Shown: positions 53,006 to 62,900 of the stretch, in pieces | Numbering within the stretch: the first letter of the stretch is position 1 | Layout: every line of letters starts with the position of its first letter | Assembly: GCA_963847705.1 (NCBI GenBank) | Contig: CAWKBC010000027.1 | Location: 96,001 to 160,000 of the forward strand | Direction: 5' to 3' | Length of the DNA stretch: 64,000 nt | Origin: an uncultured Pseudomonadota bacterium | Lineage (GTDB): Bacteria; Myxococcota_A; Polyangia; Fen-1088 | The notes under the pieces: model-generated | Told to the model about the DNA's origin: nothing | The model's database searches: none | Seen by the model: only the letters and a program-made list of their open reading frames with translations | Program-made: the position numbers and the translations under genes

Positions 53006-54382
53006 ATGAAAATCGTATGTGCCACGGACTTCACGCCGCGCGGGCAGGCCGCGGCTCAGGTCGCCGTCGATCTCGCGCGTCGGACCAAAGGATGGGTCGA
53101 GCTGGTCCACGTGATGAAACCCGGCACTGTCGACATTCTGGCTCTAGCCGCCGACGCCCTGGTCCTCGAAGCGGAGGTGCGGTCCAGCGTCGAGGCTCGA
53201 CTGGCCAGGGAGTGCGACCGTCTCTCCACCGCGGACATTCCCGTCACTTTTCACATCTGCGAGGGCGACGTAGAGATCTCCGTGCTTCGCCGCGCCGAAG
53301 AGATCGCGGCGGACCTCGTCGTTGCCGGAACCCACGGGCGATCGGCCTTGCGCCGGTTCGTCATCGGCAGTGTGGGCGAGGAGCTGGCGCGCAGCTCCGC
53401 TCGGCCGATCTTGATCGTCCCTCCCGGCGTGGAGGGGCTCGGCTCGGGGCACGGCCCATCAAGGACATTGTCCGTCACCGTGGCGGTCGACGGGCGAACG
53501 ACGAGCAGCGGCGCCCTCAGCTTCGTGCGAACCCTCCGAGCTCACGTCCCCTGTGATGTGACCTTTCTGCGGCTCTATTGGGCCATGGAGGAGTTCGAGC
53601 GGCTCGGCCTCAACGGGCTGCGCGAGCTGTTCGAGCCCGACGCCGAGGTGGTGGCCAATCTCCTGCGGGCGCTGCACCTCGAGGTCGGGGTTCTTCCGGG
53701 CGCGGGCGGAACGTCGTTCATCGTCAGGCCCGCTTGGGGCGAGCCGTCGGTTCAGATCCTCGACTTCGCGCGCGGTCGGTCCGATGACCTGCTGATCGTG
53801 GGAGCCGAAAGCAGGCGCGGTCTGGGTCGAATCAGTCACCCGGCCGTCGCGGAGCAGATCGCGCACGAGGCGTCGCGGGTCCCGGTGGTGTTCGCTCGGA
53901 GTGGCGAACAGAAGAGCCTCGAAACGGTGACTCCGACAATCTTCACCGTTCTCGCCCCCACCGACCTCTCGCCGGTGGGGAACCGCGCGGTCCCCTACGC
54001 GTACGCCATGCTCCCCTCGCACGGCGGGGTCGTCGAGCTCTGTCACGTGCACGAGCGCGCCCTGGCCTCACCTGCCTATGCCTACGAGCGGACGGAGGGA
54101 AAGCTGACCGAGGATGAACGGACGCGGATCGAGGGCCAGCTGCGCGCCCTCATCCCGAGCGACGCCCAGGAGCGAGGCATCACCACCCACGTCACGGTCA
54201 TCGACGGGGGACGCGCCGGCGACGCCATCGTTCAAGCGTCCGAGCGGCTGGTCGTGGACGCCGTCGTCCTGGCTTCGCATGGCCAGAGCGGGGCGCTGAA
54301 ATCGCTGCTCGGCTCGGTCTCGCACGCCGTCATGGAACGGAGCCGCCGGCCGGTCCTGATCATTCCGAGCCTTCGCTCATGA
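53006..54382 (+). CDS. Multi-domain universal stress protein
   Basis: VCATDFT, VAVDG, APTDLS; LGSVSHAV. Confidence 0.93.
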   Translation: MKIVCATDFTPRGQAAAQVAVDLARRTKGWVELVHVMKPGTVDILALAADALVLEAEVRSSVEARLARECDRLSTADIPVTFHICEGDVEISVLRRAEEIAADLVVAGTHGRSALRRFVIGSVGEELARSSARPILIVPPGVEGLGSGHGPSRTLSVTVAVDGRTTSSGALSFVRTLRAHVPCDVTFLRLYWAMEEFERLGLNGLRELFEPDAEVVANLLRALHLEVGVLPGAGGTSFIVRPAWGEPSVQILDFARGRSDDLLIVGAESRRGLGRISHPAVAEQIAHEASRVPVVFARSGEQKSLETVTPTIFTVLAPTDLSPVGNRAVPYAYAMLPSHGGVVELCHVHERALASPAYAYERTEGKLTEDERTRIEGQLRALIPSDAQERGITTHVTVIDGGRAGDAIVQASERLVVDAVVLASHGQSGALKSLLGSVSHAVMERSRRPVLIIPSLRS

Positions 54383-54792
54383 GGCCGCGATCTCCAGACC
54401 GCGAAGATTCCTCAGCGGTGAGCACACTCCTCAAGGAGACCACTGACAATCTCGGAGCGCTCGTCGCCGATCACCTCAAGCTCGCCCGGATCGAGCTCGA
54501 GACAGATGTCCGCATCTATGCCGGCGCGCTGGGGATCTCGCTTGCCGCTGGCGTTCTTCTGCTCGTCGGCTACCTCTTCGCCTGGGCGGCGGTGGCGGTC
54601 GGCCTGGCCAAGCTCTGGGGCGCGCCCGCCGGCTTCGCGGTGGTGGCGGGGGCTCACCTGCTCGTTGGCGGCGTCAGCCTGGCTGCCGTCTCGCGAAAGC
54701 TGCAGAGAACCAAGGTCCTCCGGGAATCGATCGTCGAAGTCCGCCGGAGCGTTCGCGCGCTGGCGCATCCGTTGAAAGGACAGGCGTCGTGA
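54379..54792 (+). CDS. YqjE/DUF1469-like 2-TM membrane protein (often labelled phage holin family)
   Basis: LVADHLKLARIEL followed by two TM helices. Confidence 0.75.
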   Translation: MRPRSPDREDSSAVSTLLKETTDNLGALVADHLKLARIELETDVRIYAGALGISLAAGVLLLVGYLFAWAAVAVGLAKLWGAPAGFAVVAGAHLLVGGVSLAAVSRKLQRTKVLRESIVEVRRSVRALAHPLKGQAS

Positions 54793-55010
54793 CAGAGCGC
54801 CCGGTATCGGAGGCCGCATTGTCGGAGCGACTGGCCCGCGCCGAGGCGGACGTCGAGCAGGCGCGGGAGCGCGTCTCCTCGTCGGTGCTGGCCTTGCGGG
54901 ACGAGCTCGCGCGGCAATCTGACTGGCGGCGCTGGCTGCTGCGCCATCCCCTGGCGAGCTTGGGGGGCGCCCTGGCCGTCGGATTTGTGCTGGGGCGCCG
55001 ACGCCCGTAG
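54789..55010 (+). CDS. Small YqjK/DUF3618-like tail-anchored protein
   Basis: Coiled N-terminus, DWRRWLLRHPLASLGGALAVGFVLG. Confidence 0.65.
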   Translation: MTERPVSEAALSERLARAEADVEQARERVSSSVLALRDELARQSDWRRWLLRHPLASLGGALAVGFVLGRRRP

Positions 55011-55036
55011 GGGCCCGGAAGCTGCGGAGGAGATCG

Positions 55037-55234
55037 ATGAAGACCACCGACCAGATCGAAGCCGGCAGTTGTGACGCGGGAGCGAGGGTGCGACCCGAGG
55101 CGCAGGAGGCAAAACGGCGCCTGTCGTCCTGGAACGAGACGCTGACCGACTATATCAAAGAGAACCCGGGGCGTTGCCTGCTGGGCGCGCTCGCACTCGG
55201 GTTCGTGGTCGGCAAGATCGCCAGGCGGGTGTGA
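55037..55234 (+). CDS. ElaB/YqjD/DUF883-like tail-anchored protein
   Basis: YIKENPGRCLLGALALGFVVGKIARR; GGAGG RBS. Confidence 0.7.
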   Translation: MKTTDQIEAGSCDAGARVRPEAQEAKRRLSSWNETLTDYIKENPGRCLLGALALGFVVGKIARRV

Positions 55235-55248
55235 GGGAGGTGAGGACT

Positions 55249-55518
55249 ATGGACGCATCGGAACCAACCTCGGTCGGAAGTCCACTTGCCGATCTCAGGA
55301 GACAGGTGAGCCGGCACCCGTACGGGACCGTCGCTGCGGCGCTGGGAATCGGTTACGCGCTCGGGGGCGGGATCTTCACGCCGCTGACGTCGCGTGTGGT
55401 GCGGCTCGGGCTGCGGATCGGCATCCGGACCGCGCTGCTTCCGATCCTGAAAGCAGAGTTGTCCGAGGCGGTTGAAACATTCATCGGCAGCAGGAACCAA
55501 GCGGGAGAAGCGTCATGA
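55249..55518 (+). CDS. Small hypothetical membrane protein
   Basis: HPYGTVAAALGIGYALGGGIFTPLT; GGAGG RBS; operon packing. Confidence 0.7.
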   Translation: MDASEPTSVGSPLADLRRQVSRHPYGTVAAALGIGYALGGGIFTPLTSRVVRLGLRIGIRTALLPILKAELSEAVETFIGSRNQAGEAS

Positions 55519-55793
55519 ATCTCAAGGACGTTCGGAATCTCGACAAGGACGAGATCCTCAGCCTTCTGGGGTTGGAGAAGAAGCCCTCTCCCGGTGTGGG
55601 ACTGGCAGCGGCGTTGGGAACCTTCGGGGTCGGCTTGCTCGTGGGTGCCGGCATCGCCCTCATTCTGGCGCCAAAACCGGGACACGAGCTGCGCCAAGAG
55701 ATCCGGGACCGGCTACGGCGTGGCCCCAACGAGGTCAAGGAAGAGACGACGACGACGGGCGGCGCAAAGGCCGCGAACGACCCACAGGCGTGA
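55515..55793 (+). CDS. YtxH-domain protein
   Basis: GLLVGAGIALILAPKPGHELRQEI. Confidence 0.85.
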   Translation: MNLKDVRNLDKDEILSLLGLEKKPSPGVGLAAALGTFGVGLLVGAGIALILAPKPGHELRQEIRDRLRRGPNEVKEETTTTGGAKAANDPQA

Positions 55794-55856
55794 GGTCGGT
55801 GGTTCCGCCGAGATCACAGATTCACAAATCACAACGCACTTGAAGGAGAACCAGCC

Positions 55857-56927
55857 ATGGCGACGACGATGCGAGCGGCCGTATTTCAGGGGAAGGGAAA
55901 GATTGCACTGCGCGAGGTCCCGCGCCCGGTTCCGGGCGTCGGACAGGCGCTCATCAAGGTGACGCTGACGACGATCTGCGGAACCGACGTCCACATCTTG
56001 AAAGGTGAGTATCCAGTCAAGGAAGGACTCATCGTCGGTCACGAGCCTGTCGGCGTGATCGAAGAGCTCGGACCCGGCGTGACCGGGTATCAAAAAGGGG
56101 ACCGGGTCATCGTCGGCGCCATCACCCCCTGTGGCCAGTGCCGCGCCTGCCTGTCGGGCAGCCTGTCGCAGTGCGGCCACGGCGGAGACCGCTACGAGGC
56201 GATCGGCGGCTGGCGGTTCGGGAACACCATCGACGGCTGCCAGGCCGAGTACGTGCTGGTTCATGACGCCCAGGCCAACCTGGCCAAGATCCCCGCCGGC
56301 CTCTCGGACGAGGAGGTCCTGCTCTGCCCGGACATCATGTCGACGGGCTTTTCGGCCGCCGAGCATGGCCACGTACGGCTGGGCGACGCAGTCGCGGTGT
56401 TCGCGCAGGGGCCGATTGGGCTCTGCGCGACCGCGGGCGCACGTCTGGCTGGCGCCTCGCTGGTGATCGGAATCGACAGTGAGCCCAAGCGTATGGAGAT
56501 GTCTCGGCGGATGGGGGCCGACGTCGTTCTCAACTTCAAGGAGCAAGACGTGGTCGCTGAGATCAAGCGACTCACGGGCGGGGGCGTCGATGTGGCGATC
56601 GAGGCGCTCGGGACCTCGGGCACCTTCGAAAACGCCCTGCGCTGTGTGCGTCCGGGCGGCACCGTGTCCAGCCTCGGCGTCTACTCCGGTCACCTCACGT
56701 TGCCGCTCGACGCCTTCGCGGCCGGCCTCGGGGACCACACCATCGTGAGCTCCCTCTGTCCGGGGGGAAAGGAGCGGATGCGGCGGCTCATGAGCATCGT
56801 GGCGGCCAAACGGTTCCCGTTTCAGGAGTTGGTCACCCATCCGTTCCGCCTGGCCGATATCGAAGCCGCCTACGACCTCTTCTCGCATCAGCGTGACGGG
56901 GTCATGAAGGTCGCCATCCGGCCGTAG
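55857..56927 (+). CDS. Zinc-dependent alcohol dehydrogenase (MDR family)
   Basis: ICGTDVH, GHEPVG, CGQCRAC...C, AQGPIG. Confidence 0.95.
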   Translation: MATTMRAAVFQGKGKIALREVPRPVPGVGQALIKVTLTTICGTDVHILKGEYPVKEGLIVGHEPVGVIEELGPGVTGYQKGDRVIVGAITPCGQCRACLSGSLSQCGHGGDRYEAIGGWRFGNTIDGCQAEYVLVHDAQANLAKIPAGLSDEEVLLCPDIMSTGFSAAEHGHVRLGDAVAVFAQGPIGLCATAGARLAGASLVIGIDSEPKRMEMSRRMGADVVLNFKEQDVVAEIKRLTGGGVDVAIEALGTSGTFENALRCVRPGGTVSSLGVYSGHLTLPLDAFAAGLGDHTIVSSLCPGGKERMRRLMSIVAAKRFPFQELVTHPFRLADIEAAYDLFSHQRDGVMKVAIRP

Positions 56928-56961
56928 CGCGAATCTCCGAACAAAACCACTGTCCGACCAG

Positions 56962-57000
56962 CGAGGCGACCGTCGACGAAGCATGTCGACGGTCGCCTCG
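56962..57000. terminator. Perfect 16-bp stem hairpin downstream of the ADH gene
   Basis: CGAGGCGACCGTCGAC-GAAGCAT-GTCGACGGTCGCCTCG; no U-tract. Confidence 0.65.
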
Positions 57001-57049
57001 TCGCGTCTGGCGATCGAGCGGCGCCGTCACCCGAGGAAGAGGTCGTCGG

Positions 57050-57161
57050 CGCACGGGTTGCGTCGGTCAACTGGCGAAACGCAGATTTTGCGTGGCGTTC
57101 CGAGTCAGCGCCGAGAAAACACGCAGTCACATCGATGAAGTGCCTTGGCGCCGCCATTGCA
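57050..57161 (+). promoter_or_regulatory. Two perfect enhancer palindromes and sigma54 promoter
   Basis: CGCA-CGGGT-TGCG 57050-57062, CGCA-GATTT-TGCG 57080-57092; TGGCGCCGCCATTGCA 57146-57161. Confidence 0.8.
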
Positions 57162-57174
57162 ATTGACGCTCGCC

Positions 57175-57831
57175 ATGACTCACAGGACATCAGTGGGTGT
57201 GGCGGGAACGTTCCTGCTCTTGGCCGCCTTCTCTGCTCGCGGCGAAGGATCGGAAGCGGTCGGTATGAACGCACTCACGTTCGCGCCTGGCGCGACGCTG
57301 GAGCTCGACGGAGATTCCAGCCTTCACCGCTACAGCGCGAAGGCGCGGCGGATCGAGGTTGGCGTCGACCTCGACGATGCGCGGGCGGCAGCCGCCGCGA
57401 CGCCGCCGGATCTGGCGGCGTTGGTCCAAGGGCACTTCGTCAAGTCGTTCGCGCTCGTCGTACCGGTCGACCAGCTCAGCTCGGGCGAGAAGGGGCTCGA
57501 CGAGAACATGCGCAAAGCGCTCAAGGGCGCTCAGTACAAAGACATCCGGTTTCAAATGGATTCGTACGACGTACGGGTGCCTTCGCCAGGCGCCGCGGCC
57601 TTCTCGGTCACGTTGCGTGGGCGACTCAGCCTGGCGGGCGTGGAGCGGCGGATCGACGTCGTCGCCACCTGCGTTCGCGTGGGGGAAGGCCTTCGCCTGA
57701 CCGGCAGTAAGGAGCTGCTGATGACGGATTACCAGATCAAGCCGCCGACACTGATGCTCGGCGCAATCAAGACCGCTGATCTCATCACGGTCAAGTTCAA
57801 CGCCACGCTGCAGAAAAGGACCCGACAATGA
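57175..57831 (+). CDS. Exported YceI family protein
   Basis: GDSSLHRY, LSSGEKGLDENMRKAL, GRLSLAGV, MTDYQIKPP. Confidence 0.82.
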   Translation: MTHRTSVGVAGTFLLLAAFSARGEGSEAVGMNALTFAPGATLELDGDSSLHRYSAKARRIEVGVDLDDARAAAAATPPDLAALVQGHFVKSFALVVPVDQLSSGEKGLDENMRKALKGAQYKDIRFQMDSYDVRVPSPGAAAFSVTLRGRLSLAGVERRIDVVATCVRVGEGLRLTGSKELLMTDYQIKPPTLMLGAIKTADLITVKFNATLQKRTRQ

Positions 57832-59138
57832 CCACGAAGTTGACCGTAGCGATCCTGGGCCTGACCGCGATCCTCGGAGCGCCAGCCTTTGCCGAGATTC
57901 CGGTCGCCAAGACCGACGATGCGGAGCTCGACATCGGAGGGATGGTGCAGTTGCTCGGCTTCGCCCAGCACCTCGACGACCCTTACAAGAATGACGATCG
58001 GGCCTACCTGTTCATGAACAGGGCGCGTCTGCGGCTGTCGGGCCGGTACGAGAGCGTGTCGTTCTACACGGAGATGGGGTTGGGCGGCGAAGACTCGGTG
58101 GTCGCCCAGACCGGCGTGTCGCTGAGCCTGCTCGACTTCGCTTTCAACATTCCGCTCGGGTACAACCACACCACCTATCTCAAGGTGGGGCAGTTCAAGG
58201 TCCCCTACGGGCGCGAGCAGCTCACCTACGAGGGCAACTTTCAGTTCGCGGATCGCTCGATCAACAATCTCGGCTTCATCGTCGGCCGCGACGTGGGCGC
58301 GGCGGTGGTCTCGCATCCAGGCCTCTTCACGCTGATCGGTGGCGTCTTTACCGGCGGGGGGCGCGACGTGCCGCCGGATCACTATCTTCCGGAGAAGCTG
58401 GGGATCCCGCTCTTTGCAGCTCGCGCCGGCATCGGCAACTTCGACGAGGACCCGTTCTATCTTTCCCAGGACGTCACCGGGTTCCGAGGACTGGTCGACC
58501 GCCAGATGCGGGGAGCTTTCTTCGTGAACGCCCTCTACACCAAAGACACCTTGATCGGGCACTCCACGGTCCTGAACGTCAAGCTGGCGGACAAGTCGCT
58601 GCTTCTCGACAGCAACTGGAACCCCTACATCGCCGAGGCGCCCTTTAGCCAAGGGACTTGGTGGCAGGCGGGCGCGGACGCAGCGGGGCAGGTGGCGCTT
58701 CGCGAGATCGAGCTTTCGGGCCAGGCGGCCTTCGACTTCGGCAAGTACTCGAACGGGTATGGCGCCGTTCAGATGTGGGGCGTCCGGGCGCAGGGAGCCC
58801 TGAACTACCGGGTGTTCGAGCTGGCCGTTCGCTACGCGATGCTGGTCCCCGACAGCAACTTCTCCTACGGGACCGTACCCATCACGGGTTCGGAGCCCAT
58901 CCAAGAGATCACCACCAGCGCCACCTGGTTCATCCGAGGGCAGCGCCTCAAGCTGCTGGCCGACCTCCCTATCATCATTCACGACCCGGTCTTCACCGAG
59001 GCGAACGTCGGCAGCTACGCGGCGACCGACCTGCCCGATCAGGCGACGGTGCTTGCGACCGCTGGGGTGCCGAACGGGAACACGGTCACCCGGCAGAACG
59101 TGATCGAAGCGCGGTTGATGTTGCAGGCGCAGTTCTGA
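57828..59138 (+). CDS. Outer membrane porin (OprO/OprP-like)
   Basis: Signal peptide, RARLRLSG, GQFKVPYGRE, RDVG, C-terminal LQAQF. Confidence 0.8.
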   Translation: MTTKLTVAILGLTAILGAPAFAEIPVAKTDDAELDIGGMVQLLGFAQHLDDPYKNDDRAYLFMNRARLRLSGRYESVSFYTEMGLGGEDSVVAQTGVSLSLLDFAFNIPLGYNHTTYLKVGQFKVPYGREQLTYEGNFQFADRSINNLGFIVGRDVGAAVVSHPGLFTLIGGVFTGGGRDVPPDHYLPEKLGIPLFAARAGIGNFDEDPFYLSQDVTGFRGLVDRQMRGAFFVNALYTKDTLIGHSTVLNVKLADKSLLLDSNWNPYIAEAPFSQGTWWQAGADAAGQVALREIELSGQAAFDFGKYSNGYGAVQMWGVRAQGALNYRVFELAVRYAMLVPDSNFSYGTVPITGSEPIQEITTSATWFIRGQRLKLLADLPIIIHDPVFTEANVGSYAATDLPDQATVLATAGVPNGNTVTRQNVIEARLMLQAQF

Positions 59139-59142
59139 GTCG

Positions 59143-60058
59143 ATGGCTCGCACCCGGTATCGCTCGGCAGTCGACCGCATCAAGCTGAGGGACCTCCCCG
59201 CTGGGGCGATGCGGGCGGTCTGGCGGGAGGGGTACACGCGAGCTCGGGATCGGAAATGTCGTGACGCCGTTCTTCGGTGGCATCCCCGCGACGGGTGCCA
59301 TCGCGCGCACCGCCACCAACTTCCGCTCGGGGGCGCGCTCCCCAATGGCCTCGATCGTCCACGCGATGACGGTGCTCGTCGCCGTCATCGTGCTGGCCCC
59401 CCTCATAGGTTACCTGCCGATGGCAGGCTTGGCGGCTCTGCTCCTGTTGGTCGCCTGGAACATGAGCGAAGTGAAGCACTTCGCTCACATCCTGCGCGTG
59501 GCGCCTCGCAGTGACGCCTTTGTGCTCGTCACCTGTTTCGTCCTCACGGTGGTGTTCGACATGGTCGTCGCTGTCTCGGTCGGTGTGGTGTTAGCGGCGC
59601 TGCTATTCATGCGTCGGATGGCAGAGATCACCCACAGCCGCCTGACCGGCGAAGGGGGGCGGGGAGGGGACGCGACAGGAATCCCTGTCCCTTTCGACAA
59701 GAAGATCGCCATCTGCGACGTCGCTGGGCCGCTGTTCTTCGGCGCCGCGCAGGAAGCGGTGGGGAGCCTCGCCGCGATCGATGACGGCTTGAAGGCTCTG
59801 ATCGTTCGCCTTGATCAGGTTCCGATCATGGACGCCACAGGTCTGGTCGCTCTCGAGAGTGCGATCGCGGCGCTTTCGAAGCGGGGCTGCGTCACCATCC
59901 TCTCCGGATTGCAGAAACAACCGCAAGGCCTGATCGAACGCGCAGGGCTCGCCAAGCGCGGCTGGAAGCTCTTCATTCGTTCCGACACCCGGACGGCGGT
60001 CGAGAAGGCGCAGGCGCTGGTCGGCGCTCCATCCGACGCTCTTGCGGGCACTTCGTGA
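59143..60058 (+). pseudogene. dauA: SulP-family (DauA-like) anion/dicarboxylate transporter with a large internal deletion
   Basis: N-terminus ...VWREGYT joins out of frame at about 59240 to LGIGNVVTPFFGGIPATGAIARTATN...GPLFFG (STAS); most of the TM core is missing. Confidence 0.75.
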
Positions 60059-60171
60059 CGGCCCCGGGTGCCCAAAGCCGTCCCAGGACAATCTCGACCA
60101 CAATCGTCACCGGCTTGACACCTGATGTTCGCTTCCACTGGCCCAGACGGGACTAGAGTCACGGGCCACAA

Positions 60172-60629
60172 ATGCTTCCACCAAAGCTCGTAGTGGCGCC
60201 GGTTGATTCCGTTTCAGCGATCCGTCCCGGCAAGCGGTGGACACAGCAGCTGACATGGCGTCCCGCTTCGGCGCCACGCTTCTCCTCGTTCACGTGGTGC
60301 CCGCGTTGCCCAAGCTCCCGAACAGCGTCTCCATGTTCAAGGAGGCCGAATACGAACGGTGGCTTCACGAAGAGGCGGGCAAGACGATCGTCGAACTGTC
60401 CAAAAAATACGAGCAGGCGGGAATTTCGGTGCAAACAGAGGTGGGAATCGCGAACGATGTCGGCATGGAGATTCTCCGGGTCGCCCAGAAACATAAGGCG
60501 GACCTGATCGTGATCGCCACGCATGGAGTGTCGGGCTGGCACAAGGTGCTGTTCGGCTCCGTTGCGGAGAAGGTCGTCCGGCTCTCGGAAGGCCCCGTGC
60601 TGCTCCTGAAGCGCCCAAGCGGCCAATAA
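60172..60629 (+). pseudogene. Universal stress protein with a 5-bp insertion frameshift
   Basis: Removing TCCGT (60208-60212) restores MLPPKLVVAPVDFSDPSRQAVDTAADM...ATHG...FGSVAEKVV. Confidence 0.8.
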
Positions 60630-60934
60630 ACCGAATCTGGCGTCTCCCTCTGAGCTCCTTTCTGCCTTGAGGAGGCACACCTTACGGGGGGAGCGTTCCG
60701 TCGCTGCGCGAGGGTTTCGAATCCCGCGGGAGTCTTTACTTGACCAGGCGAAGTTACAGGTAGTTTCTGACTCGCGATCGACTGAGTGCCGTAGATTCGC
60801 AGACGCTTCGAGCATCGGATCCAGTCCGCGCCGGCCCCAGGAGAGAGGTGGCGTAGCGGATCGTCGGTGGCCCGGGGACAGAAGCGGCCCTCTTCCTTGT
60901 CGCAAGCTGAATGTCGTCGGTGCGAACCCGCCAC

Positions 60935-62632
60935 CTACTTTCGGGCGTGCGAGCCTAGCTGCGTGGTGAACAACTCGACGAGCGGCGCGTTGGCGTTGGT
61001 CGGGTCGGGCAGCGTGCCGTAGCCGCGGTAAATGCCGAAGGCGTCCTCGTGATACGAGTGGTAAGAAAAATGGAGGTGGCGCGCGCGCAAGAGGTCGAGC
61101 ATATCGGCCACCCACCGTAACCCGCCGCGGTCGTCGTCGAACGCGAACCGGATCGCCCCCCACTCGCCAAGGAACAGCGGCACCTTGTGGCGCTTGCCCC
61201 AGGCCACGTAGGCGTCCAGCTCCTGCGCCACGAACTTCTTGTCGCTCTCCTGCACGGGCACGCGCGAGCTGAAGAAGTCGAGGCGGATCTGACAGGTGGC
61301 CGTCGCCGGGATCCCAACGCCCCGCATCCAGCCGCTCAGGCGGTAAGTCGCCCCGCGCTCGGTGCGGAAGCGCAGCACATCGGAGCCGAGGTTGGCGTCG
61401 GCCCGCGTGCCGGCGACGGCGATCGACTTGTCGTCGCCGTGACCGTCGTGTCCCGGGACAGCGCCGCCCTTGCCATCGGACGTCCAGAAGAACCAGCCGC
61501 GCGTGCCCGTCAGGTTCTGGCGCCAGATCTCCCGCTTGACCGAACCGTCAGCGGCCAACTCTTCGAGCACCAGATCGTCAAAGTAGACCCGACCCGAGTT
61601 GGCCTTGGCCACCAGCACTGGCTTGCCGACGGCGATCGTCGGATCATCGACTCGAAACGGCGCGCCTTGATAGAAGGTCCAGGGCGTGTCGCCCGGCGGC
61701 AGCTTGGGGCTCTGCTCCGTGCCGGCCTTGCAATCGAGCAGGAACCACTCAACCTCGGCGCGCGTGTCGGGGTAACGCACGTTCTCGGCAGTGAAGGGGA
61801 CCCACGACGCGTTCTGGTGGGTGAAGTGGAAGGGCTTGTAGAAGTGGAACTCGTAGACCGTGTTCGGGTCGGGGATGGTGAAGAAGTTGCGGTCCTCGTC
61901 TTCCTCCCACCGATTGGCGATCGCGTTTAGCCGCTCCACGAACAGCATGTGCTCGGGGTCGACAGTGCGGATCGCTGCAGCGATGCGGGTCGCCAGGTCG
62001 TGCCACTGGGCGGGCGCGTGCGTGACCACTGGTTCGTTCAGGAGGTCGAAGCCCGCGACGGTCGGCTCGCCGCGGGTGTGGCGAGCGATCTCGGTCCACA
62101 GGGCAATGAGCCGCTCTTGCCGACGGGAGTCATCCCAGAGCGCCTTGCCGTTGCCCAATGACTGAAAGCCGCCCGGCGGGACGTGCATGTTCAGTACCAG
62201 ATAGACGTGGTTCTTCCTGGCCCAGGCGATGTTGTCGTCGAGCCACTGCCAGCCGTCGGCGAGCATCGCCCCCGGCGCGTCGTCCGATTCGAACGTCCGG
62301 TAGTTCATGTAGAAGCGCACGACGTTCATCCCCATCGCCACGATGCGCTGGTAGTCGACCTCCGCGTGATCCTGCCGCGGCAGGCGTACGTTGGTCCAGA
62401 CCTGGTTGCCGAACGCCACCCCGCGCAGCATGACGGCGCGGCCGTGCCCGTCGACAACGTCGGCGCCGCGCACGCGCAGGATCTGCGCTGCGACGGCAGG
62501 CGCCAGCGGCGCGGGCGGCGTGGCTGCAAGCGACTTCACGACGGCCGCGGGCACCGCGACCGTTGGCGTCGTCGTGGGCGCCCCCGCGTCAGCGAGCGCC
62601 AGAATGAGCGCGAGGGAAGAGAGAGACATCAC
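60935..62632 (-). CDS. Secreted glycoside hydrolase family 5 with an inserted CBM-like domain
   Basis: GMNVVRF, VLNMH, FDLLNEP (acid/base), EFHFY, LFLGEWG (nucleophile); long beta-rich insert between them. Confidence 0.88.
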   Translation of the reverse strand: MMSLSSLALILALADAGAPTTTPTVAVPAAVVKSLAATPPAPLAPAVAAQILRVRGADVVDGHGRAVMLRGVAFGNQVWTNVRLPRQDHAEVDYQRIVAMGMNVVRFYMNYRTFESDDAPGAMLADGWQWLDDNIAWARKNHVYLVLNMHVPPGGFQSLGNGKALWDDSRRQERLIALWTEIARHTRGEPTVAGFDLLNEPVVTHAPAQWHDLATRIAAAIRTVDPEHMLFVERLNAIANRWEEDEDRNFFTIPDPNTVYEFHFYKPFHFTHQNASWVPFTAENVRYPDTRAEVEWFLLDCKAGTEQSPKLPPGDTPWTFYQGAPFRVDDPTIAVGKPVLVAKANSGRVYFDDLVLEELAADGSVKREIWRQNLTGTRGWFFWTSDGKGGAVPGHDGHGDDKSIAVAGTRADANLGSDVLRFRTERGATYRLSGWMRGVGIPATATCQIRLDFFSSRVPVQESDKKFVAQELDAYVAWGKRHKVPLFLGEWGAIRFAFDDDRGGLRWVADMLDLLRARHLHFSYHSYHEDAFGIYRGYGTLPDPTNANAPLVELFTTQLGSHARK

Positions 62633-62900
62633 CGCGCAACCCGACGTGTTGTAGCAATGATCGCGCCCATAGAGAACCGCGTGTGTGCTCTCAAAGAATT
62701 CATCCTCGTCGTCTCAATTGCTGCAACAGGCGCACCAATCGTACCTTTCGCGCCGGCCGCTGTCCGCGCGGCGATCTCGGACGAGCCGCCGCACGCCATC
62801 GGCGCGCGTCGTCCGAACGGACAGTGCCGGGACGTCCGCGGACGTCGGCGCACTGTCCGGCGCCGAAAGCTCGAGGGAGCCTCCTCCCCGCGCGCTCCCG

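Noticed and set aside
54379-54792. Holin-like gene as evidence of a prophage
   Set aside because: No endolysin, structural or integrase genes; context is a yqjDEK-like stress cluster.
55811-55833. Three TCACA direct repeats upstream of the ADH gene
   Set aside because: Short, irregularly spaced and not seen elsewhere.
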